A stretch of 53,756 nt of DNA from an uncultured Erysipelotrichaceae bacterium (GTDB lineage: Bacteria; Bacillota_I; Bacilli_A; RF39; UBA660). This document shows positions 1 through 9,234 of the stretch, piece after piece; the first letter of the stretch is position 1; the number at the start of each line of letters is the position of its first letter. Below the pieces are notes generated by a model, which was given only the letters and a program-made list of their open reading frames with translations, had not been told where the DNA came from and made no database searches. The stretch is taken from NCBI GenBank assembly GCA_902783215.1, contig CACZQD010000066.1:1-53756 (forward strand). Reading direction: 5' to 3'. Both the position numbers and the translations under genes were made by a program.

Positions 1-1347
1 AAATTAATTACTTTTATTGATACACCAGGACATGCTGCTTTTACGGAAATGCGAGCTAGAGGTGCAAGTATTACGGATATTGTTATTATAATAGTAGCTG
101 CCGATGATGGTGTTATGCCACAAACAAAAGAAGCTATCGATCATGCAAAAGCTGCTAACGTACCAATTTTAGTAGCTATTAATAAAATAGATAAACCTGG
201 AGCTAATCCAGAAAAAGTAATGAGTGAACTTGCAGAATATGGACTTACTCCGGATAGTTGGGGTGGAGATACAGTATTTACAAACATCTCAGCTAAAAAC
301 GGTGATGGTGTTGAACAATTACTAGAAAATATTTTGTTAGTTGCAGAAATGGAAGAATATAAAGCAAATCCTAATCGATATGCAATTGGTAGCGTTGTAG
401 AATCAGAACTTGATAAACATTTAGGACCAGTTGTAACTATCTTAATTCAAAACGGTACCTTAAGATTAGGTGATCCTATCGTTGTTGGAACCACTTTTGG
501 TAAGATTCGTACTTTAAAAAATGATAAGGGTGAAGAAATCACTGAAGCGTTACCAAGTCAACCGGTTACAATTACAGGTCTTAATGAAACACCAGCAGCT
601 GGTGATAAATTTATGGCTTTTGAAACAGAAAAGCAAGCACGTAGTATTGGTTTAGCTCGTAAAGAAGAAGAAAGATTAAAAGCTAATGCTAAGAAAAGTG
701 TATCTTTAGAAGATGTTTTTGCTAAAATTCAAGAAGGTACTAAAGAAATAAATGTTATTATTAAAGCTGATGTTAATGGATCTGCTGAAGCAGTAAAAAA
801 TAGTTTAGAAAAAATAGAAGTAGAAGGTGTTCATGTTAAAGTAGTACGAAGTAGTGTAGGAGCTATTACTGAAAGTGATATAGTTTTAGCTAATGCTTCG
901 AATGCAGTTTTAATTGGATTTAATATTCGACCTACTAATTCTATAAGAGATTATGCAAAAGAACAAGGGATTGAAATTAGATTATATGATATCATTTACA
1001 AAGCAGTTGAAGATATGGAAGCTGCTATGAAAGGTATGCTTGATCCAGAATATGAAGAAAAAGTAATTGGTAGTGCGGAAGTAAGACAATTATTTAAATT
1101 TTCTAAAGTTGGTACTATTGCAGGTTCATATGTCTTGGATGGTATTATTAAATCAAATTCAAAAGTTCGAGTTATTCGTGATAGTAAAGTAATTTATGAT
1201 GGTGAGATTAATTCTATTCAACGAGAAAAAGATACTGTAAAAGAAGTGAAAAAAGGATTAGAATGTGGTATTACAATTGTTAATTATAGTGATTTAAAAG
1301 TTGGAGATGTTATTGAAGCTTACGAAATGGTTGAGGTTAAAAGATGA
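1..1347 (+). CDS. infB: Translation initiation factor IF-2, C-terminal part (5' end outside window)
   Basis: Frame 1 is open from base 1 ([21 protein letters not shown]). GTPase motifs DTPGH and NKID are followed by IF-2 C-terminal domains. rbfA follows directly. Confidence 0.95.
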   Translation, partial: KLITFIDTPGHAAFTEMRARGASITDIVIIIVAADDGVMPQTKEAIDHAKAANVPILVAINKIDKPGANPEKVMSELAEYGLTPDSWGGDTVFTNISAKNGDGVEQLLENILLVAEMEEYKANPNRYAIGSVVESELDKHLGPVVTILIQNGTLRLGDPIVVGTTFGKIRTLKNDKGEEITEALPSQPVTITGLNETPAAGDKFMAFETEKQARSIGLARKEEERLKANAKKSVSLEDVFAKIQEGTKEINVIIKADVNGSAEAVKNSLEKIEVEGVHVKVVRSSVGAITESDIVLANASNAVLIGFNIRPTNSIRDYAKEQGIEIRLYDIIYKAVEDMEAAMKGMLDPEYEEKVIGSAEVRQLFKFSKVGTIAGSYVLDGIIKSNSKVRVIRDSKVIYDGEINSIQREKDTVKEVKKGLECGITIVNYSDLKVGDVIEAYEMVEVKR

Positions 1348-1688
1348 AAAACAATAAAATAAATCGTTTAAATCATACAATGATGCGTGAAATTAGTTAT
1401 ATCTTAGAAACAGAAATTAAAGATAAACATATTAAGTTTGTAACAATTACGGAAGTTAAAATCACAAATGATTTAAGTTATGCCAAAGTATATGTTACTA
1501 TCTTAAATGATGAATATCGTGATATAACTTTAGCGTCTCTAAGTAAAGCAAAAGGATTTATTCGTAAACAGTTAGCTGATCGTATGGAATTACGTCATAT
1601 TCCAGAATTAGAATTTATCTATGATGAATCAATTGAGTATGGTAAAAAAATAGAAGAAGATTTAAAGAGAATTCACGAAGAGAAGTGA
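1344..1688 (+). CDS. rbfA: Ribosome-binding factor A
   Basis: 114 aa. The start overlaps the infB stop (ATGA), the conserved infB-rbfA arrangement. RbfA-like core (REISYIL...[10 protein letters not shown]). Confidence 0.9.
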   Translation: MKNNKINRLNHTMMREISYILETEIKDKHIKFVTITEVKITNDLSYAKVYVTILNDEYRDITLASLSKAKGFIRKQLADRMELRHIPELEFIYDESIEYGKKIEEDLKRIHEEK

Positions 1689-1749
1689 GTTCTTTTTATT
1701 GATTATTTGCATTTATTATGGTATTATTTATAACGGAAGAAGTGATAGT

Positions 1750-3165
1750 ATGAAAACACCTGATTTAAAGGAAGCGAGAAAAAGAACAAATAAAATAGTA
1801 GAAACACGAGAATATGTAAAAAATGAGAATCTATCTAATGTTGGTAAAGATAAAAAATACTATATTAAAACATATGGATGTCAAATGAATGTTCATGATA
1901 GTGAAAATATAAAAGCCTTATTAGAAGATATGAGTTTTGAAGAAACTGATGATTTTGAAAAAGCAGATTTAATCCTTTTAAATACTTGTGCGATAAGAGA
2001 AAATGCTCATAATAAAGTATTTGGCTTTTTAGGCCGTGTTAAACATTTGAAAGAGACAAAACCAAATATTATTACAGGAATATGTGGATGTATGGCTCAA
2101 GAGAAGTCAGTTGTTGATGAAATTAAAAATAAATATAAATGGGTTGACATTGTTTTTGGGACACACAATATTGATCGATTGCCAGATATTTTAAATACTA
2201 GTTTAAAAAATAGCTGTCAAAATATTGATGTTGAAAGTATTGAAGGAGATATTGTTGAGAATATTCCTGTAAAACGTGATTCTAAATATAAGGCATGGGT
2301 TAATATAATGTATGGATGTGATAAGTTTTGTACTTATTGTATTGTTCCTTATACCCGTGGTAAACAACGTAGTCGTAAACTTATCGACATTGTTAATGAA
2401 GTAAAAGATTTAGTAGATAAAGGATATTTAGAAGTAACTTTATTAGGGCAAAATGTTAATGCATATGGTAAAGATTTAAATGCTAATTATAAAATGGGTG
2501 ATTTACTTGAACAAGTTGCTTTAACAGGTATAAAAAGAGTTCGTTTTGTTACTAGTCATCCTTGGGATTTTGATGATGAAATGATTGATGTAATTGCTAA
2601 ATATGATAATATTATGCCATATATTCATCTTCCTTTACAAAGCGGTTCTGATCGCATTTTAAAATTAATGGGAAGAAGATATACAAAAGAAAAATATCTA
2701 GATTTATTTAATAAACTAAAGAAAAAAATTCCCAATGTATCAATTACAACTGATATCATTGTAGGATTTCCAGGTGAAACAGAATCTGATTTTCAAGATA
2801 CATTAGATGTTGTAAAGAAGTGCCAATTTGATTCTGCATTTACCTTTATATTCTCACCTCGTATTGGAACGCCTGCGGCTAAAATGAAAGATAATATTTC
2901 TTTAAAAGAAAAAGAACAGAGATTATATAAGTTAAATGAATTGGTGAATAAATATGCCAATATAAATAATCAAAAGTATTTAAATAAAATAGTTCCAGTT
3001 TTAATTGAAGGAGAAAGTGATAAAGAAGGAATGCTTATGGGTTATACTGATACAATGAAATTGGTAAATGTAAAAGCTGATAAAAAATATATTGGTAAGA
3101 TAGTAAATGTTTTAATAACTGATATCAAAACATGGAGTTTAAATGGTGAAATTACAACTATTTAA
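1750..3165 (+). CDS. miaB: tRNA-2-methylthio-N6-dimethylallyladenosine synthase (radical SAM methylthiotransferase)
   Basis: N-terminal YGCQMN motif, radical-SAM CDKFCTYC cluster, C-terminal TRAM-like domain. I chose the ATG at 1750 (MKTPDLKE); the upstream extension from 1699 is hydrophobic junk. Confidence 0.9.
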   Translation: MKTPDLKEARKRTNKIVETREYVKNENLSNVGKDKKYYIKTYGCQMNVHDSENIKALLEDMSFEETDDFEKADLILLNTCAIRENAHNKVFGFLGRVKHLKETKPNIITGICGCMAQEKSVVDEIKNKYKWVDIVFGTHNIDRLPDILNTSLKNSCQNIDVESIEGDIVENIPVKRDSKYKAWVNIMYGCDKFCTYCIVPYTRGKQRSRKLIDIVNEVKDLVDKGYLEVTLLGQNVNAYGKDLNANYKMGDLLEQVALTGIKRVRFVTSHPWDFDDEMIDVIAKYDNIMPYIHLPLQSGSDRILKLMGRRYTKEKYLDLFNKLKKKIPNVSITTDIIVGFPGETESDFQDTLDVVKKCQFDSAFTFIFSPRIGTPAAKMKDNISLKEKEQRLYKLNELVNKYANINNQKYLNKIVPVLIEGESDKEGMLMGYTDTMKLVNVKADKKYIGKIVNVLITDIKTWSLNGEITTI

Positions 3166-3231
3166 ACTTTTTTATTAAGAATTGTTTCAAAAAAAGCAAA
3201 AATATGGTAATATTTATAATAGGTGAGACAT

Positions 3232-4746
3232 ATGAAATGTGAAAAATGTGGTAATGATATTGCTGAAGGACAAGTTGTGTGTTTGATATGTGGTGCAGAA
3301 GTGCCTAAAAAAAAGAAAAAACCAGAAGAAAAAACAGATGAAAATGGTAAGAATGAAACAACTAGTGATCAAAAACCTAAACGTGTACATGTGAAAAAAG
3401 ATCATACTAGTTTAATTATTGTACTATGCTTTTTTTTGACAATAATTCTTGTCGCAATTTTAAGTTGTTTATTTTATTATAAAGTATTTGTTACTCCTAA
3501 GACAATTTTTATGAATTCGATAGATACTTTATATGATGAAGCAACATTGCCTATTTCAGAACTTCGTAAAAATGGAAAATATAATATTAAATATTCAACT
3601 AATAAATCTGTAAATAGTAATGATGAAATTATGAATTTGTTAAGCAAAGTAGCTTTTTTTACTGATATGACAATGGATTATACAAACAGTGAATTTGCTG
3701 GTGATGTATCTTTCCAATATGATAACAACAGTGTATTTAGTAGTAATATTTATGGCAAAAAGAAAAATGTATATGTTTTAGATAATAAAATAAGTAATTA
3801 TGTTAAAATGAAGAATAAATATAGTGATTATTTTAGTTCAGATAGTAAAAATATTAGTGCGTACATAACAGTTATTAAAGAATTAAAGAATGCTTTACGA
3901 GTAGCGCTTAAAGAGAGCTATTTTAAATCTTATCAGGAACTAACAACCGTTAATGGTATAGATATGGAAGTTACGAAAAATGAGATAATTATTAATAATG
4001 ATAACATAAAAACCATTGAACATGATTTAGTTAAATATTTATCTAAATCAAAGAAATATATATCTTCTATGGCTAAATTGCAATCAAAAAAGGAACAAAA
4101 AGTAAAGAAAAAATTGGATAAAACACTGGAAGGATTAAAACAGAAAAAAACAACAGTTAAAATAGATACAATGACTTTTGATATATATACTAAAGGATTT
4201 AAAAATGGTTTTGTTAAGTTTTCTTTAAAACAAGGATCAGATTTAAAAGAAGTTCTTGTGTTTACTAAAAATGAACAATCTGAATATATTATCAAATTAA
4301 ACATTAACAACAAATATTTAGATGTCAATGTTAAAAAGACACAACTTCCAGAAAAAACAAGTTATCTTATTAATTTAACAAATGGTTTAGATAGTACGCA
4401 AATAAGTATAGAATACTCTTTTAGACATGATAAAAAAGAGATTGATTCAAATATTGATAATACAATTGATTATGAGACAGTTGATAAATCTTTTAAAGAT
4501 AAGTTAGTACAAGATTTAATTAATCAAAATGGAAAAGATAGTTTTAATAGTGATAAACAAAAAGTTATTAATTGGTTTAAGGAAACTATTGAATTATTTA
4601 ATCCTACTGTTAATGTTGTTTATGATGAAGAGGAAAGTAATGTTGAACAGACAAATAATAATGATTCTGATTCAGAAAACAATTATACTAATCCTTCTAA
4701 TCAAGGATCAATTAATGGATTAGGTGATGAAACTATTAATCAATAA
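3232..4746 (+). CDS. Zinc-ribbon membrane protein of unknown function
   Basis: N-terminal CxxC...CxxC (MKCEKCG...CLICG), a Lys-rich linker, one TM helix (IIVLCFFLTIILVAILSCLFYY), then a large extracytoplasmic domain. RBS AGGTGA sits before the ATG at 3232. Confidence 0.6.
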   Translation: MKCEKCGNDIAEGQVVCLICGAEVPKKKKKPEEKTDENGKNETTSDQKPKRVHVKKDHTSLIIVLCFFLTIILVAILSCLFYYKVFVTPKTIFMNSIDTLYDEATLPISELRKNGKYNIKYSTNKSVNSNDEIMNLLSKVAFFTDMTMDYTNSEFAGDVSFQYDNNSVFSSNIYGKKKNVYVLDNKISNYVKMKNKYSDYFSSDSKNISAYITVIKELKNALRVALKESYFKSYQELTTVNGIDMEVTKNEIIINNDNIKTIEHDLVKYLSKSKKYISSMAKLQSKKEQKVKKKLDKTLEGLKQKKTTVKIDTMTFDIYTKGFKNGFVKFSLKQGSDLKEVLVFTKNEQSEYIIKLNINNKYLDVNVKKTQLPEKTSYLINLTNGLDSTQISIEYSFRHDKKEIDSNIDNTIDYETVDKSFKDKLVQDLINQNGKDSFNSDKQKVINWFKETIELFNPTVNVVYDEEESNVEQTNNNDSDSENNYTNPSNQGSINGLGDETINQ

Positions 4747-4748
4747 AG

Positions 4749-4777
4749 AACTTCAAAGAAAACTTGAAGTTTTTTAT
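4749..4777 (+). terminator. Rho-independent terminator after the zinc-ribbon gene
   Basis: 8-bp stem aacttcaa/ttgaagtt, 7-nt loop, then a T-run. Confidence 0.7.
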
Positions 4778-4828
4778 TGTGCATTAGCATTTGATCAGAC
4801 CGTTATTTGTGAAAAATAGCAAATTTTG

Positions 4829-4857
4829 TTGTGTAATAACGAATATTTTGTTATAAT
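4829..4857 (+). promoter_or_regulatory. Putative sigma-A promoter of the phosphonate cluster
   Basis: TTGTGT, 17 nt, TATAAT, with an extended -10 TG (tgtTATAAT). It lies about 55 nt upstream of the GTG start at 4910. Confidence 0.45.
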
Positions 4858-4909
4858 GTATATAGGTGATATATAATTACACAATAGTTGTGTCTTAAGG
4901 GGGCCATTT

Positions 4910-6049
4910 GTGAAGTATTTGTTATTAAGGTTTTTTAAATTTATATTAAAAATAGTTTATTTCTTTTTTAAATTGTTACCAACTAATACAAAAAAAGTTG
5001 TTTTTATTAGCAGACAACAAAATGTTCCAAGTTTAGATTTTAAACTATTAAGTAGAGATATTAAATCAATTGATAGTAGTTATCAAGTGGTCTTTTTGTG
5101 TAAGAAAATGAAAACAAATAAACAATATTTAATAAAATATTGTTTCCATTTAATAAGACAAATGTATCATTTAGCAACATCTAAAGTTTGCGTAGTTGAT
5201 TCATATTGTATTTGTGTTAGTGTTTTAAAACATAAAAAAAGCTTAACTATTATTCAAATATGGCATGCTATAGCTACAGTAAAGAAATTTGGTTATCAAA
5301 CTTTAAGCAAAAAATATGGTCGAAATCAAAAGACAGCTAAGATATTAAATATGCACAACAATTATGACTTTGTGATTTCAGGATCAACTAGTATGATACC
5401 GGTGTTTGCTGAAACATTTAATGTATCTTCAGAATGCGTAAAACCTATTGGTACACCAAGAATTGATTATCTAATAAATAATAATCGTCAAATAATGAAA
5501 AAGGTTAAAACAAAATATCCTGAGTTAAATAAAAAGAAGGTTATTTTATATGCGCCAACTTTTCGTAAAAAAGAAAATTTAAGCTTTGATAAAATAATTG
5601 ATACTGTTGATTTTGATAAATATAATTTAATTATCAAGTCACATCCAGTAAAGAAAGAAAAAGTATATGATTCCAGGGTATATAAATGTCATGAATTTTC
5701 TACTATGGAATTACTAACCATAGCAGATTATGTTATAACTGATTATTCAGCAATTAGTATTGAGGCAGCTATTTTGAATAAGCCTGTATTTTTCTATATT
5801 TATGATTATGAAAAATATATAAAAAGCAATGGATTAAACATTGATTTAAAAAGAGAAATGAAAGGTTGCTGCTATAAAAAGTTTAACTCATTGTACCAAA
5901 AGATTAATGTTGGAAAATATGATTATGAACAATTAAAAAAATTTAAAGACAAATATGTATCTCACCAACAAGGTAATAGTGGCTTAATATTAGCTAATTA
6001 TATTGTTAATGGTAAATGGACAGTTGGAAAGGAAGATGAAAATGAGTAA
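4910..6049 (+). CDS. TagB/TagF-family CDP-glycerol glycerophosphotransferase-like enzyme
   Basis: Family-typical motifs IQIWHAIATVKKFGYQ and YAPTFR. GTG start preceded by RBS AAGGGGG. The 3' end overlaps the next gene. Confidence 0.8.
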   Translation: MKYLLLRFFKFILKIVYFFFKLLPTNTKKVVFISRQQNVPSLDFKLLSRDIKSIDSSYQVVFLCKKMKTNKQYLIKYCFHLIRQMYHLATSKVCVVDSYCICVSVLKHKKSLTIIQIWHAIATVKKFGYQTLSKKYGRNQKTAKILNMHNNYDFVISGSTSMIPVFAETFNVSSECVKPIGTPRIDYLINNNRQIMKKVKTKYPELNKKKVILYAPTFRKKENLSFDKIIDTVDFDKYNLIIKSHPVKKEKVYDSRVYKCHEFSTMELLTIADYVITDYSAISIEAAILNKPVFFYIYDYEKYIKSNGLNIDLKREMKGCCYKKFNSLYQKINVGKYDYEQLKKFKDKYVSHQQGNSGLILANYIVNGKWTVGKEDENE

Positions 6050-7349
6050 AAAAGTATATATTGCAATGTCTGCAGATGTTATTCATCAAGGACATATTAA
6101 TGTTATTGAAGAAGGAGCAAAATATGGAGATGTAATTATTGGATTGTTAACTGATGAGGCAATTGCTACATATAAAAGAGTTCCTTTATTAGACTATGAA
6201 AGTCGTAAACAAGTTTTTAAAAATATAAAGAATGTAGTAGATGTAGTTAAACAAAGCACATTAGAATATACAGAAAATTTAGAAGCAATCAAACCAGATT
6301 ATGTAGTACATGGAGATGATTGGCAAAAAGGCATTCAAAGTGTTGTAAGACAAAAAGTAATTGATAAATTAAAAGAGTGGGGAGGACAATTAATAGAAGT
6401 TCCATATACTAAAGATGTATCAAGTACAGATTTAGAAAAACAATATCGTATGTTAACGAATACACCTGATCATCGCCGTAGTAAATTAAAAAGACTTTTG
6501 CACTTAAAACCATATATAAGTGTAATGGAAGCATCCAATGGTCTCACAGGTTTAATTGTTGAAAATGCCAGTGTCGAAGACGATAAAAAAGGTATAAAAA
6601 AAGAATTTGATGCTATGTGGGTAAGTAGCTTATGTGATTCCACGTTCAAAGGTAAACCAGATATTGAATTAGTTGATTTAACTAGTAGAATTAACACTAT
6701 TAATGAGATTATGGAAGTTACAACAAAACCAATTATTTTAGATGGTGATACCGGAGGAAAAATTGAACATTTTATATATAATGTTAAAACATTAGAACGT
6801 TTAGGGGTATCAGCTATTATTATCGAAGATAAAACGGGATTAAAGAAGAATTCTTTATTTGGTACTGATGTTAAACAAACACTTGATGATCCAGATAATT
6901 TTGCTGCAAAAATTAGAGCAGGTAAACAAGCACTAGCTACAAGAGATTTTTTAATTTTTGCTCGTTTAGAAAGTTTAATTGCTGGTATGGGAATTGATGA
7001 TGCTCTTGCAAGAGCAAAAAAATATATTGAAGCTGGCGCAGATGGAATTATGATTCATAGTAAAGAAAAAAGTGGTAAAGAAATTAAAGATTTTTTAAAA
7101 AAATTCCGCAAAAAATATACTGATATTCCAGTAATAGTTGTTCCAACTGCATATAATGAATTTACAGAAGAAGAATTAAATAAATGGGGTGCAAATATAA
7201 TCATTCATGCAAATCATTTGCTTAGAAGCGCATATCCTGCTATGATGAAAACAGCTAAATCCATTTTAAAAAATGGACGTAGTAAAGAAGCAGATAAATA
7301 CTGTATGTCAATAAAAGAAATATTAACGCTTATTCCTGGAGGAAAATAA
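6042..7349 (+). CDS. ppm: Bifunctional TagD-like (HxGH) cytidylyltransferase / phosphoenolpyruvate mutase
   Basis: The N-terminal ~130 aa carry HQGH, GDDW and VSST motifs, as in glycerol-3-phosphate cytidylyltransferase. The C-terminal ICL/PEP-mutase fold carries the PEP-mutase-diagnostic EDK-x5-NS motif (EDKTGLKKNS). The ATG at 6042 overlaps the upstream stop. Confidence 0.9.
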   Translation: MSKKVYIAMSADVIHQGHINVIEEGAKYGDVIIGLLTDEAIATYKRVPLLDYESRKQVFKNIKNVVDVVKQSTLEYTENLEAIKPDYVVHGDDWQKGIQSVVRQKVIDKLKEWGGQLIEVPYTKDVSSTDLEKQYRMLTNTPDHRRSKLKRLLHLKPYISVMEASNGLTGLIVENASVEDDKKGIKKEFDAMWVSSLCDSTFKGKPDIELVDLTSRINTINEIMEVTTKPIILDGDTGGKIEHFIYNVKTLERLGVSAIIIEDKTGLKKNSLFGTDVKQTLDDPDNFAAKIRAGKQALATRDFLIFARLESLIAGMGIDDALARAKKYIEAGADGIMIHSKEKSGKEIKDFLKKFRKKYTDIPVIVVPTAYNEFTEEELNKWGANIIIHANHLLRSAYPAMMKTAKSILKNGRSKEADKYCMSIKEILTLIPGGK

Positions 7350-7350
7350 T

Positions 7351-8460
7351 ATGATAAATACAAAAAAATTTTATGATTATTTAATCAAAAAAGAGTTGGA
7401 TTTTTTTACAGGAGTACCAGATTCGTTGCTTAAAAATTTATGCTCTTGTATTAAAGAAAATACTGATTCAAAACATAATATTATTGCAGCTAATGAGGGA
7501 AATGCAATTGGTTTAGCTTCAGGATATCATATTTCATCTGGTAAATTTGGTGTTGTTTATATGCAAAATTCTGGAATTGGTAATACAGTTAATCCATTAC
7601 TTTCTTTAGCAGATGAAGAAGTATATAGTATTCCTATGTTACTTATTGTTGGATGGCGAGGAGAACCTGGTATTAAAGATGAACCTCAGCACGTAAAGCA
7701 AGGCAAAGTAACTATTGATTTATTTAAGACAATGGGGATTGAATGTTTAGTTTTAGATGATAATTACGAAAAACAACTAGATTATTGCTATAGCTATATG
7801 AAAGAGAATAATAAACCAATTGTTTTAGTAGTTCATAAAGGAACATTTAGTGAATATGATAGTTCTAAAACTAGTAATTCTTATGATTTAACACGTGAAG
7901 AATCATTAGAAGTAATTATGAACAGTATAAATAAAGATGATTTTATTGTGTCAACTACTGGAAAAACTTCAAGAGAAATATTTGAACTTCGTGAAAAAAG
8001 AAAAGAAGGACATTCTAATGACTTTTTAACAGTAGGTTCGATGGGACATACTTCTTCAATTGCATGTGGCATGAGTATAGGAAGTAAGAAGAATATCTAT
8101 TGTATAGATGGTGATGGATCATTCATAATGCATATGGGTTCATTTGCTATAATTCCACAAGTTGCAGATAAAAACTTTAAATATATATTAATTAATAATG
8201 GAGCTCATGAATCGGTTGGAGGACAACCTACAGTTGGATTCAACATTGATGTTGAGAAGATATTAAAAGGTTGTGGTTTTAAAAATGTTTATAAAGCTAC
8301 TACTAAAGAAGAAATAAAAAGAGGTGTTGAAAAGATAAAAGAAGATTCATTACAAGCTTTAGTTATCTATACCAAATTAGGATCACGCAAGGATTTAGGT
8401 CGTCCAACAGTGTCTCCTATTGATAATAAAAAAGCTATGATGAAAAAATTTGGAAATTAG
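7351..8460 (+). CDS. ppd: Phosphonopyruvate decarboxylase (ThDP-dependent)
   Basis: Motifs GVPDSLLK, VYMQNSGIGN, GWRGEPGIKDEPQH and IDGDGSFIMH. The start is 1 nt after the ppm stop. Confidence 0.9.
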   Translation: MINTKKFYDYLIKKELDFFTGVPDSLLKNLCSCIKENTDSKHNIIAANEGNAIGLASGYHISSGKFGVVYMQNSGIGNTVNPLLSLADEEVYSIPMLLIVGWRGEPGIKDEPQHVKQGKVTIDLFKTMGIECLVLDDNYEKQLDYCYSYMKENNKPIVLVVHKGTFSEYDSSKTSNSYDLTREESLEVIMNSINKDDFIVSTTGKTSREIFELREKRKEGHSNDFLTVGSMGHTSSIACGMSIGSKKNIYCIDGDGSFIMHMGSFAIIPQVADKNFKYILINNGAHESVGGQPTVGFNIDVEKILKGCGFKNVYKATTKEEIKRGVEKIKEDSLQALVIYTKLGSRKDLGRPTVSPIDNKKAMMKKFGN

Positions 8461-8469
8461 GTGATTAAA

Positions 8470-9234
8470 ATGAAAGCAATAATATTTAATTCAGGTCTTG
8501 GCAAGAGAATGGGTGAATTTACTAAAACTAATCATAAAAGCATGGTTAAACTATATAATGGAGAAACTATTTTAGAACGTCAAATTAGGATATTAGGCTC
8601 AAATGGAATTAAAGATTTTATTATTACAACAGGACCTTTTAAAAAAAAAAAAAAAAAAACTTGTTCTAAATTTACTGATTGTAATTTTGAATTTGTAAAC
8701 AATTCAATTTATGATAAAACTAATTATATATATTCTATGTTTTTGGCTCAGCACTTATTTAATGATGATAGTTTACTTCTTCATGGAGACTTAGTATTTG
8801 ATGAAGGATTAATTAAAGAAATAATAAATGATGATAACAAATCATTATGTTTAATAAATGAAGAAAAACAATTACCTCAAAAAGACTTTAAGGGAAGAGT
8901 ACAGAATGGTAGATTAAAAGAAGTATCTATCAATATCTTTGATGAGGATTGCTATTGTTTTCAACCACTTTATAAATTATCAAGACAAGATTTAGATAAA
9001 TGGGTTGATAAAGTAAATGAATTTGTAAAAGAAGGTAACACAGGAGTATATGCTGAAAATGCTTTAAATACTATTTTAGATGATATGAATATACGCGCTA
9101 AATCATATGTTAATCATTATATTGATGAAATAGATAATTTAGAAGATTATGAAAGAGTATCACAAGATATTGAAAAATTTGATCAGGGAGTAAGGAGTAA
9201 GGAAGATGCAAAAGTTTATCGAAAAAATATCTGA
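8470..9234 (+). CDS. LicC/PntC-like nucleotidyltransferase (phospho- or phosphono-headgroup cytidylyltransferase)
   Basis: N-terminal MKAIIFNSGLGKRMG NTP-transferase loop. The overall layout resembles S. pneumoniae LicC. The gene contains the A19 tract, which encodes KKKKKK. Confidence 0.75.
   Translation: MKAIIFNSGLGKRMGEFTKTNHKSMVKLYNGETILERQIRILGSNGIKDFIITTGPFKKKKKKTCSKFTDCNFEFVNNSIYDKTNYIYSMFLAQHLFNDDSLLLHGDLVFDEGLIKEIINDDNKSLCLINEEKQLPQKDFKGRVQNGRLKEVSINIFDEDCYCFQPLYKLSRQDLDKWVDKVNEFVKEGNTGVYAENALNTILDDMNIRAKSYVNHYIDEIDNLEDYERVSQDIEKFDQGVRSKEDAKVYRKNI
8641..8659 (+). repeat. Homopolymeric A19 tract inside the LicC-like CDS
   Basis: I counted 19 consecutive A by eye. The next-longest A/T runs I noticed in coding sequence are about 8-9 nt. 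Confidence 0.95.

Noticed and set aside
1699-1749. Upstream extensions of several track ORFs (miaB 1699, ppm 6003, SDR 25645, rplS 27705, lepB 28115, NUDIX 31373, MPE 35375, CPBP 49882, 46938)
   Set aside because: In each case an internal ATG sits at the correct distance from a GGAGG-like RBS and matches the family's N-terminus. For 35375, the ATG lies only 3 nt after the -10 box.
3305-3320. A8/A5 runs encoding KKKKK in the zinc-ribbon protein, and other A7-A9 runs (for example 12689, 53526)
   Set aside because: These are short and common in AT-rich, Lys-rich coding sequence. They are much less slippage-prone than the A19 tract, so I do not call them contingency loci.
3933-4328. 131-aa antisense ORF inside the zinc-ribbon membrane protein gene
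   Set aside because: Its Phe/Ser/Leu-rich, low-complexity translation is what the reverse complement of a Lys/Glu/Asn-rich gene produces. It has no RBS and lies fully inside a better-supported sense CDS.
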